From: an uncultured Verrucomicrobiae bacterium | Lineage (GTDB): Bacteria; Verrucomicrobiota; Verrucomicrobiia; Limisphaerales; CAVQOW01 | Length of the DNA stretch: 64,000 bases | NCBI GenBank assembly: GCA_963714605.1 | Contig: CAVQOW010000005.1 | Location: 5,584-69,583, forward strand | Reading direction: 5' to 3' | Shown here: piece after piece, positions 21,052 to 30,837 of the stretch | How the letters are laid out: every line of letters begins with the position of its first letter | How positions within the stretch are numbered: the stretch's first letter is position 1 | Position numbers and translations under genes: made by a program | Notes under the pieces: generated by a model | The model's database searches: none | The model's input: only the letters and a program-made list of their open reading frames with translations | Told to the model about the DNA's origin: nothing

Positions 21052-21966
21052 TTACGGCTCGCCCCAAATTTTCTTCACATGCGCAACGCCGTTCTTGGCC
21101 GCGTCCGGGGTGAGCATGGGGCTGAATTCAAAGACCTTGATGTGCTCCGGTTTCACCATCGGTTTGAGCGCGGCAAAATTCACCATGCCTGTGCCAGGCG
21201 CGGAATGGTCTCGACCGGGAAATTGCACGTCGTGAATGTGAAAGCCCGCGAGCCGATTCTCCAGCGATTCGAGGTGCATCGCGTGACGGATGAAGCCGAG
21301 GTTGTCTTTGATCTGCGCGTGGCCGATGTCGTGCCAGTAGGTAATGGCGGGGCTGGGAAATTCACGGAAAAAGAAAAGATAGTCGCTTTCAAGCGGAATT
21401 TCCTCCAACGCCTCGCGATTTTCAATGCCGAGGCGCAGACCGCGCGATTCGGCGTCCGGCAGAATTTTCCGGAGTGTGTCGTACACATTCTCGACAAATC
21501 GTTCCTTTCTGGCTTCGCGCTTTTTACAAACCTCGTCGCAAAGCTTTTGGTATTTGGCGGATTCCTTTTCGCCGCGAGCCAGCATGTCCATCAGTTTGTC
21601 GGTGTAATCCCTCATCTCGATGCGACCGAGGTGCAGCACGACCAGCGAAGCTTTGACGCGCGTGGCGAGTTCGAAGGTTTTGAGCGTGTAACGGATGGCC
21701 ATTTCACGCTCGCGGGAGCGTTCTGCGGAAAATTTGTAAAGGTTGGGCGCGGGGAAGTTCACCCCCATCGGCAGGGGACAAAAATTGTGGACGCTGGAGA
21801 TTTTGATTTCGCCGGCGTCCACGGCGTCAATGATGCCGGGCAGCAGGCTGACGCGGATGCCGTGGCTCAACTCGGCGTATTCAAAGCCCAGTTCGCGGAT
21901 TTCGCGCAACATGTCGCGACCGTCCGCGTGGCGATGGGAATTCCAGCAGGTGGAAAGTGAATACAT
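21052..21966 (-). CDS. Sugar phosphate isomerase/epimerase family (xylose isomerase-like TIM barrel)
   Basis: LGIENRE, WHDIGH, GFHIHD, DHSAPGTG, VFE metal-binding pattern. Confidence 0.8.
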   Translation of the reverse strand: MYSLSTCWNSHRHADGRDMLREIRELGFEYAELSHGIRVSLLPGIIDAVDAGEIKISSVHNFCPLPMGVNFPAPNLYKFSAERSREREMAIRYTLKTFELATRVKASLVVLHLGRIEMRDYTDKLMDMLARGEKESAKYQKLCDEVCKKREARKERFVENVYDTLRKILPDAESRGLRLGIENREALEEIPLESDYLFFFREFPSPAITYWHDIGHAQIKDNLGFIRHAMHLESLENRLAGFHIHDVQFPGRDHSAPGTGMVNFAALKPMVKPEHIKVFEFSPMLTPDAAKNGVAHVKKIWGEP

Positions 21967-21969
21967 CTT

Positions 21970-22033
21970 GTTAAATCGTTCAACCGTTAAACCAGTGAAT
22001 CAGCGCGACGATTCAACGATTCGGCGGTTCAAC
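21970..22033. repeat. Inverted octamer tandem arrays
   Basis: gttaaatc gttcaacc gttaaacc agtgaatc versus gattcaac gattcggc ggttcaac. Confidence 0.65.
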
Positions 22034-22043
22034 GCCTTTGACT

Positions 22044-22077
22044 AAAAACCGGGCGCGGCGTGGCGACCGCGCCCGGT
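22044..22077 (-). terminator. Intrinsic terminator of rpsU
   Basis: accgggcgcgg/ccgcgcccggt stem with U run on minus strand. Confidence 0.7.
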
Positions 22078-22092
22078 CTCGGAAATCCGCCT

Positions 22093-22289
22093 TTACATGT
22101 CCGCATAGCGCGCGCTCAACATGGCGGAGAAGCGGGCCACCTTTTCCTTGCGCGCCGCTTTTCACTCGGCTTTTCATAATGCCGGTGATTGCGCACGGTT
22201 TTCAACGTGCCCTCGCGGTCAACTTTCTTTTTCAACCGGCGCAGGGCCCTATCTACTGATTCGCCTTTTTTTAGTCTAATTTCGGTCAA
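22093..22289 (-). CDS. rpsU: 30S ribosomal protein S21 (TTG start; 1-nt deletion ~22152)
   Basis: TEIRLKKGESVDRALRRLKKK..HYEKPSEKRR; shifted frame continues KEKVARFSAMLSARYADM*; GGAG RBS upstream. Confidence 0.92.
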
Positions 22290-22453
22290 TCTTTTTTCAC
22301 TTCCTCTCCGGGGAGACAGACGAGGTTGAGTCTGTTCTCGCAAAAAATCAGGGTGCGAGCATAGTTTTGCAGCGGGGCGCGTGTCAATCGGCAAAACCGG
22401 CAAAATACGAGAAATCGCTTTGCCCGTCGTTTGCCTGACGCTACGCTGGCCGC

Positions 22454-23314
22454 GTGCAAAAAGACCGCGTCAGCACATTTGTTCTGCAGGACTTGCGCTT
22501 TCTCCTGCGCACGCCGTTACCCCGGTCCTACACGAATTTCATCGGGCAGCGGCTTTTCCTTTTTGTGCTGACAGTGCAGGGGCTGGGCGCATTTGCGATG
22601 ATCACGCTCGGCGTGTTCATCAAGAAATTCCGCACCGCGCAACATGTGGTCCGGGCGCTTGTCTCGCGTGAAGTTGTCCGCGCCGGTGTCCGATTGCTCC
22701 CCATGTTTCTACTCGTGGCTGCGGCGTTGGGGTTGCTCGTCATCGGCCAGACTGTGTCGTGGCTGACGCGGGTGGGAGCAATTAATTACCTTGGCACGGT
22801 GATGGTCGTGGTCGTGGTGCGTGAACTGGGCCCGCTGGTGACGGCGTTGCTGGTGTTGGCGCGGGTCGGCACGGCCAATGTGGTGGAACTGGGCACGGCA
22901 CGCGCGATGGGCGAAGTCGAGGCGCTGGAAGCGTTGAGCATTGACCCGGTGCATTACCTGGTTGTGCCGCGGGTGATTGGGATGACGGTCGGGATTTTTT
23001 CGCTGACGATTTATCTGATTTTGGGCGCGTTGCTGAGCGGCTACGTCTGGGCGTTCATCCAGGATGTGCCGTTGCTGCCGGGCGACTATTTCCGTCAACT
23101 GGCCGGCGCGCTGAGCTATTTGGATTTCGCGCTGTTGGCGGTCAAGACTTGCGCGTTTGGCTTCATCATCGCGATTGTGACTTGCTACCACGGACTGGCG
23201 CAACCGCTGCATTTGAACGAAGTTCCGGATGCCACCGTCCGTGCCGTGGCGCAAAGCGTCGTCGCCTGCGTGCTGATTGATGCGTTGTTCATCATCGTTT
23301 ACCTGATTGTGTGA
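22454..23314 (+). CDS. mlaE: MlaE family ABC permease
   Basis: VRELGPLVTALL, ELG..GEVEAL..IDPVHYLVVPR, ATVRAV. Confidence 0.88.
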   Translation: MQKDRVSTFVLQDLRFLLRTPLPRSYTNFIGQRLFLFVLTVQGLGAFAMITLGVFIKKFRTAQHVVRALVSREVVRAGVRLLPMFLLVAAALGLLVIGQTVSWLTRVGAINYLGTVMVVVVVRELGPLVTALLVLARVGTANVVELGTARAMGEVEALEALSIDPVHYLVVPRVIGMTVGIFSLTIYLILGALLSGYVWAFIQDVPLLPGDYFRQLAGALSYLDFALLAVKTCAFGFIIAIVTCYHGLAQPLHLNEVPDATVRAVAQSVVACVLIDALFIIVYLIV

Positions 23315-24119
23315 TGAGCGCAACCTCAACAAATTTCCCGCCTGCGATTGAAATGCATGGTGTCGCGGTAGGTACAATGAAAGACCCGAATTCAATTGTT
23401 GCGGTGGAAGTCAATTGGACGGTGGGTGCGGGTGAATTCTGGGTTGTTGGCGGCGCGCAAGGTCCGGCAAGAGCGATTTCCTGATGATGGCCGGCGGCCT
23501 GATGTCGCCCGTGGCCGGTGTATATCGGTTCTTTGGCCAAGAGATGCCGATTTTCGAGGACGCACGCTTGAACGAGCGACTGAGACTGGGTTTTGTTTTC
23601 GACGGCGGCCGGTTGTTCAATCACATGACCATTGCCGAAAATGTGGCGTTGCCGCTGCGTTATCATCAACATCTCACTCACACTGAAGAACAATCGCGCG
23701 TGGTGGCGATGCTAGAACTGCTGGAACTGACGCCGTGGGCCGACAGATTACCGGCCAACGTCGCGCGCAACTGGCAAAAGCGCGCTGGCCTGGCGAGGGC
23801 GCTGATTCTTCAGCCCGACGTGTTGCTGCTCGACAATCTGCTGGCCGGACTCGATGTGCGCCACAGGAATTGGTGGCTGAATTTCCTCGACCGCCTGTCC
23901 TGCGGCCACAGTCTGATGAAGGACAAACCGTTGACACTCATCGTGACGACCGACGATTTGCGGCCATGGCGCGGCCACGCCCGCCAAGTGGCGTGCTTGA
24001 TTGAAAAGCGGCTGGAAGTCTTTGGCGACTGGTCGGCGGTGGACTCCTGCCGCACACCTTCCGTGGGAGATTTGTTGGACGCCGGTTTTCCAATGATTGA
24101 CCGGGACGGCGGAATTTGA
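23314..24119 (+). CDS. MlaF-like ABC ATP-binding protein with degenerate motifs (frameshift ~23462)
   Basis: Walker A GAQG(S)GKS, LFNHMTIAENVALPL, LARAL; lies between mlaE and mlaD. Confidence 0.8.
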
Positions 24120-24181
24120 AACTGTTGACGCAGCGATGAATTTAGCTCCAAACCTCGATTCGCCGTAGCAGAAGACGATTT

Positions 24182-25455
24182 ATGGCCTTGCAGGATTTGA
24201 CTCCGCAATTGCGCACGCGCCTCAGCCGGATGGAACGCGCGGTCGGGTGGTTTGTGTTTTTGGCGACGGCGCTGTTGATTTTCGGCTTCGGTTATTACGT
24301 TTACAGCACGGCCGAGCGGAAGGGATGGTTCATTCCCAAGGCCCCGTATTTCACGCTGGTCCAGAGCGCGACCGGTTTGAAGGTTGGTGATCCGGTAATC
24401 CTGATGGGATTCGAGGTTGGTCAGATCACACACATTGAGGCAATGCCGCCGTGGAATCAGTACCAACGTTTACGTGGAGTTCGAGATCAAAGCGCCGTAT
24501 TTCGGTTATCTGTGGACAGAAGGTTCACTGGCGAAAGTGGCGGCGGCGGATTTTTTGGGCAAACGCGCGATCGAAGTCACGAAAGGCGACCGGCGGGTAT
24601 CCCATTTACACCACGCATCCGCTCAGAGAACTGACGCTCGCGCAGGCGGAAAGCCTGTCGGATCCTGAAAAATGGCGACTGGCGGAAAATCTTCACGCGG
24701 GTACCAACTTGGCGATTCGGGCGTACACGCAACTGACGAAAACAAACCTGGCGCGCATCGCGGCGTTGAAGCAGAAGTCCTCGTCCCTCCTCGTGTTTCA
24801 CACGCCCGAAAAACGCGAATTCATCACCGGCTTTTGGAACGAACACGACGGGCGCTATGATCCTTACACCAAAACCAACAAGCCAGGCTGGCTGCCGGCC
24901 CAAGAATCGCCGGCCGTGACGGAACGGCTGGAAAAAGTCATGGTGCAGATCGAGCAGGCGCTGCCGAACATCCTGGCCCTGACGAATCAAATCACCGCCG
25001 TCCTTTCAAATAGCGTCAATCTCACCTCCAACCTCAGTGCGCTCGCTGCTGAGGCGCGGCCCGCGGCAACGAATTTTGCCTGCCTCAGCGCTCAACTTCG
25101 CGGGCCGGGCGCACTAGGCGAATGGATGCTGGGCACACACGGCCCGCAACAGGTTGGCGATGTGTTGGGAAATGCAAATTTCGCCATCACGCATGTGGAC
25201 ACGAACTTGGCATCGCTCGTCGAGAATTTCGCCCGCTCGCTCGACAATTTGAGCGACATCACGAGCAACCTGAATGCACAAGTGCAGTCGAACACGAACA
25301 TGCTGTCGCAAATTTCCGACGCGGTCGTGCATGCGGACCAGTTTGTGCAAGGATTGAAACGCCACTGGCTGCTGCGCTCGGCGTTTCGGGACAAGACGAA
25401 TCAACCGTCGTCAGTGCCCCGTCTTCTTTCGCCAAAGGAGCAGGGTCAGCGTTAG
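24182..25455 (+). CDS. mlaD: MlaD/MCE family protein (two frameshifts, ~24465 and ~24590)
   Basis: N-terminal TM, ATGLKVGDPVILMGFEVG, DFLG, helical C-terminus ending LKRHWLLRSAF. Confidence 0.82.
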
Positions 25456-25479
25456 TCGGATTACACAGGCGGCCGGGGT

Positions 25480-25650
25480 TTAACCGTGAAGCAGAAGAAA
25501 AATCAGCCCGCTGGCACACAAGAGGAAGAACATCAGGATTGTGCCGTCCAACAGACCGAAGTGCGCCTCTTCCGTATGGTTCGACGGAACCATGGCCGCT
25601 TTGATGTAATCGCCGCTTTTCCGATTCACTTTGAACACAATCGCACTCAT
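25480..25650 (-). CDS. Small hypothetical protein with C-terminal TM helix
   Basis: MSAIVFKVNRKSG..TILMFFLLCASGLIFLLLHG*; no family recognised. Confidence 0.3.
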   Translation of the reverse strand: MSAIVFKVNRKSGDYIKAAMVPSNHTEEAHFGLLDGTILMFFLLCASGLIFLLLHG

Positions 25651-26046
25651 GCCGGACATTTGAGCAAACGGCGGGCCAGAGGGCTGACACGCCTCCCGGC
25701 GCATGCGGATCGCCTTGGAACGTGAGGGAACGCTGTGTTGTGTCCAAGTGAGTCTTGGGATTTGACACTCGTGACCCAAAGCAGGCAGGCGTGAAATCCG
25801 CGCTTGACTCAACCGCCAGCGATGCGGGAACGACTGTCCCGAGTTGAAAAGACATTCTGAAACGAAAACGATCCGGGGGCCGTTGCCGGACTCTGCGCTT
25901 AGAACGCTGTGGAGGCAATGTGCGTATATTACTGCTGCATTCGCGACAATCATCGCGACCACCTTGGTTTCCAAGGCAATAATGCAAAGCTGCGCGGTCG
26001 GCCGCTGAATTTGTCCATGATCTTTCCCCAGCTTGCGAATTGCATC

Positions 26047-26075
26047 TTGTCACACGTAACGCGGTTTAGTTTAAT
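26047..26075 (+). promoter_or_regulatory. Candidate sigma70 promoter of the biosynthetic cluster
   Basis: TTGTCA-17 nt-TTTAAT. Confidence 0.5.
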
Positions 26076-26249
26076 GTGAAAGTAATGCTGGTTGGACGAC
26101 TCAGTTGGCAGATCGGAGGGCCGGAAATATCGAGAAGATCAACCAGATGGGCGACTCGACTTGATATCAGGACGAGTTGAGACCCGATGAAGATTAATGG
26201 CGTCAGCAGGAATTCGGTTAATAAAGCCTTCCGACTCAGTCGAGCGGTC

Positions 26250-26402
26250 ATGAAAATTCTGAACAACATTAAAAATGGCGTGGCGATGGTGGACGAGGCG
26301 TATCCGCTGTCGCCAATGCAGCAAGGCGATGCGTTCGCCTTGGGGCCGAAACGCAACGGAGTTGAGACCTTGGTGAACGATGGAAGAATGTCAACCCCAT
26401 GA
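26250..26402 (+). pseudogene. 50-aa ORF carrying an NRPS condensation-domain N-terminal motif
   Basis: VDEAYPLSPMQQG; its stop overlaps the next ATG (ATGA). Confidence 0.5.
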
Positions 26403-28224
26403 ACGTCATTGGCATCAGTGGGTTATCGAACAGCGTTTCTTTCAAAAAGAGGGAATTCCCCGGTTTGTCGAAGCGAGAATACCACATCGCTCAGGGTTTT
26501 GATGCAGCAGCGGCATTGGTTGGACGCGGGGGGGTCGTTGCTGCCGCTGCGGAGGAAAGGTTCACGCGAGAGAAGACTACAGGCGACTTCCCGCTCAACG
26601 CCATCCGTTATTGTCTGCAGGCCGGAAACCTGAGCCATCGAGACGTGGACTTGATCGCCCACGGGTTTTCCTACGAACCATTCAAATCCGTCTTCGATGC
26701 AGAGGCCTATGGACACCGACTGTACCACGAAGTGTACTCGCCTGAGGTGCAGAGAAAATTCATCGAGGAGCATTTTGAAGAAACGGACTGGAGCAACAAA
26801 TTTGTTCCGGTGCCGCACCATTTGGCTCATGCTGCAAGCGCATTTTATCCCAGCGGCTTTGAGGAAGCATTGATTTTAATCAGTGACGGCATGGGCGAGA
26901 TGCACAGCCTGACCGTAGCGGTGGGTCAGGGCAACGAGATCAAGGTCATCAAACAGATTCCGGCTTTCCACTCGCTTGGCATTCTATACGGCGTGTTCAC
27001 TTTGTATCTAGGATTTTACATGGGCATGGATGAATACAAAGTCATGGGACTTGCGCCCTATGGAAATCCGCGCCGCTTTTTCAATCAGATGAGCGATTTG
27101 ATCAAGCTCAAGAATGACGGCACTTACACCATCCCGATTTTTGCACGCGATTCCAGTCTGCAAGAGCGGGAAACGCATGCCGGCGTCCTGAAGTTTCTGG
27201 CGGAGCAGTTCGGTCCAGCGCGAGAGCCGGAAGGAGAGATCACTCAATTTCACAAAGACATCGCTGCTGCGCTTCAGGCCGTGTTGCAGAACTGCCAACT
27301 CCACGTCCTGCGACATTTCCGGCGGGAGACAGGTCAGAAGAATCTTTGCCTGGCGGGAGGCGTGGCGCTGAACTGTTCCGCCAATGGCGTGATCAAGCGG
27401 AGCCGGCTCTTCGATCGCATGTTCGTGCAACCATCTGCCGGCGATGATGGTTCGGCGCTGGGCGCGGCGTTATGTGCTCAACGCCTCCATGATCCGGATT
27501 TCCGGGCGCAACCAATGACCGTGCCGCTTTGGGGACCGGAATTTGGCGACGACGAAATCCGACAGACACTGGCCAAGCGCGGTGATTACTCCATCGTGGA
27601 AATGGAGTCCTTTGACGCGGTGTGCAGAGAGGTTGCATCCCGGATTGACAGGGGACAATCGTCGCCTGGTTTCAGGGCAGAATGGAGTTTGGGCCTCGCG
27701 CGCTCGGCAGCCGGAGCATTCTCGCAGATCCTCGCGATCCGACCATGCGCGATCGAATTAACAGTCTCGTGAAAAAGCGCGAAGGATTCCGGCCCTTTGC
27801 TCCCGCGGTCGCCATGGAGGACGCGTCGCGTATTTTTGATATCGCGCAGGGCGACGAGGCGACTTACGCGCACATGCTATACATCACACACGTCCGCCCC
27901 GAATACCGCGTAAAACTACCGGCCACGACTCACATTGATGGATCGGCCCGCGTCCAAACTGTCGCCAAGGAACACAATCCCCGTCTTTGGCAATTGCTAA
28001 AGGAGTTCGAAAAGCTTAGCGGCCTGCCCGTTCTGCTGAACACCTCGTATAATGTGCGGGGCCAGCCAATCGTGTGTACTCCCCAAGAGGCTGTTGACAC
28101 TTTTCTCTTTGCGAAGCTGGACGTTCTGGTTGCCGGAAATTATCTCGTCGTTCGCACGCATGCAGAGACTGTTAAAGCGCCGACTGCAAATTCAACACTG
28201 ACTGCCTCCGTCAGCCCGAAGTAA
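26399..28224 (+). CDS. Carbamoyltransferase, NodU/CmcH/TobZ family (1-nt deletion ~27657)
   Basis: EERFTREK, HHLAH, DGMGE, EYKVMGLAPYG, LAGGVALNC, EFGPRALGSRSIL, KREGFRPFAP, HIDGSARVQT, LLNTSYN. Confidence 0.93.
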
Positions 28225-28231
28225 AGCGACC

Positions 28232-30837
28232 ATGAAGAATCCGCAGTCATCAGACTGGCCTCCTCCTGTGAATTTGCCTTTGGATCGTGCGCGACCGCCG
28301 GTCTGCTCGTTCCTCAGGGAAACGGTGTCGGTCATGATTGAGTCCGGTGGCTCTGGAAATGTCCGAACTTTAGCCTCACAGGAAGCTGTTTCCCCACTCG
28401 CCTTGCTGATGGCCGCTTATGCAGGATTACTATACCGCTACACGGGCCAAGCTGATTTGGTTGTCGGCACCGTCCTCAAGGATGCTGGTCACAACGATGA
28501 GAGTAGGTTGGTTCCATTGCGAATGCAGTTGAACGACGACACAATTATCCGTGATCTGCTTCGGCATGTTTCAGCAACGCTGCAAAACCCCTCCGTCAAT
28601 TTTCAGGCCAACGAACTGGCCTTCTCGCGTTTCAACACAGCGTTTCTCTTATGGGATTCTGCGAAGCAAGATCGGGCAACAAGAATTTCGGACGCCTTTG
28701 GCTCTAACTTGGCGGAACAACTGATTCATTGCGATTTGGTCCTCACTGCGCGGGAGCAGAACGGCGGATTCGTCCTGGACTGTGAATTCGATGCGGAACT
28801 GTTTGAGGCTTCGACGATCGAACGGTTTCTGGAACATTTCCGGATACTCTTGGCGGGGATGGCATCCAATCCGGCAGCGCGTCTGTTCGAGTTGCCACTG
28901 CTCAGTGCCAGTGAGCGACACAAATTGCTCATGGAATGGAATGACACGCGGCGTGATTATCCGCTGGAGAGCAGCCGGCTGCACAAGTTGGTTGAGACGC
29001 AGGGGGAATGGACGCCCGGTGCCGTGGCGGTGGTGTTCGAATCTGAACAACTGAGCTACCGGACGTTGAACGAACGCGCCAATCAGCTCGCGCATTTTCT
29101 CCGCAAGCTTGGAGTTGGTCCGGATCGGCTCGTCGGCATCTGCATCGAACGATCATTGGAAATGGTGGTGGGTCTGCTTGGTATTCTCAAGGCGGGCGGA
29201 GCGTATGTGCCGTTGGACCCGCAGTATCCTCGCGAGCGACTGGCGTTCATGATGGAAGATGCGGGCGTGCCGGTTCTATTGACGCAGAAAAAGCTCATTG
29301 GCTTACTGCCTCAACACAACGCCCGCGCGATTTGTCTGGATGCGGACTGGAATGAAATAGCCCGGGAGAGCACGGCCAATCCGAACGATTCGACTACACC
29401 GGACAATCTCGCCTACATGATTTACACCAGCGGTTCGACGGGCAAACCGAAAGGAGCGATGAACACGCATCGCGGCATTTGCAACCGGCTTCTCTGGATG
29501 CAGGAGCAGTATCAACTGACACCCGCCGACGCCGTGATGCAGAAGACGCCGTTCAGTTTTGATGTTTCAGTGTGGGAATTTTTCTGGCCGTTGCTGACCG
29601 GCGCACGACTTGCCGTCGCACGGCCCGGCGGCCATCAAGACCCGGCGTATTTGGTAAAGTTGATCGAAGAGCAACGAATTACCGTATCCATTTCGTGCCT
29701 TCGATGCTTCGGTTTTTTCTCGAAGAACCCGGCTTGGAACGTTGCGGTTCCGTGCGACATGTCATTTGTAGCGGCGAGGCGTTGCCATTCGATTTGCAGG
29801 AGCGGTTCTTTGAGTCCCGCCTTGCGGGATCTGCGTCGTTGCACAATCTCTATGGGCCAACCGAAGCGGCGGTGGATGTGACACATTGGACCTGTCGGCG
29901 TGACAGTGACCGGCGAATCGTGCCCATCGGACGGCCTGTGGCCAATACCACGACTTACATTCTGGACTCGCGTCTGCAGCCAGTGCCCATTGGTGTGCCG
30001 GGTGAATTGCATCTGGGCGGTGTGCAGATTGGCAGGGGCTATCACAATCGGCCTGAATTGACCGCTGAGAAATTCATTCCCGATCCGTTCAGCGGCAAAC
30101 CGGCAGCTCGGCTCTACAAAACAGGTGACCTTGCCCGTTACCAGCCAGACGGCAATATCGAATTTCTCGGTCGCATTGACCATCAGGTCAAGATTCGTGG
30201 CTTTCGCATTGAACTGGGCGAAATCGAATCCCGGCTGATGGAACATGACGCAATTAAAAATGCCGTTGTCGTGGCGCGTGAAGATCGCCCAGGTGACCAA
30301 CGACTCATTGCCTATTTAGTTTCAAACAGCAGCAAGCCGCCAACTACCGGAGCATTAAAGGATTTTTTGCTCAGGACGCTGCCGGATTACATGGTGCCGA
30401 CCGCTTTTGTCTGGTTGAAAGAGTTGCCACTCTCGCCCAACGGTAAAGTGGATCGCAAGGCACTGCCTGTCCCCGATTCAATACATGCGGCTCCAACTAA
30501 ATCTCTCGTGTTGCCGAGGACTGAAATGGAGAAAACGCTCGTCGGCATCTGGCAAAAGGCGCTCGGCGTTGAGCAGGTCGGCACGGAAGACAACTTTTTC
30601 GAGCTGGGCGGCAATTCGCTTTTGCTAGTTCGAATCCAAGGAGAATTGCGGGCGCTGCTGAATCAGGATTTACCGGTTACAGTTTTGTTTCAATATCCGA
30701 CAATCAGTTCACTGGCCGGGTACTCGAGCCGACAGGATTCTCGAAAGACCGCTGCTCCAAAAATCCGGCAGCGCGCTGAACGGCAAATTGCCGCCCGGAT
30801 GGAGCGGCTGAAATTGGCGGGGAAACGCGACGAATGA
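28232..30837 (+). CDS. NRPS: truncated C (C-terminal lobe only)-A(Ser predicted)-T (1-nt deletion ~29686)
   Basis: YTSGSTGKPKG, FDVSVWEFF, HFVPSM, NLYGPTEAAVDV, YKTGDL, NGKVDR, GGNSL; manually read code DVWHISLVDK. Confidence 0.9.

Noticed and set aside
25259-26053. 264-aa and 164-aa minus-strand ORFs upstream of the cluster
   Set aside because: No recognisable domains and atypical composition; only the last 56 aa look protein-like.
1-28224. Functional linkage of carB to the carbamoyltransferase
   Set aside because: About 25 kb apart with unrelated housekeeping genes between; proximity is probably coincidental.
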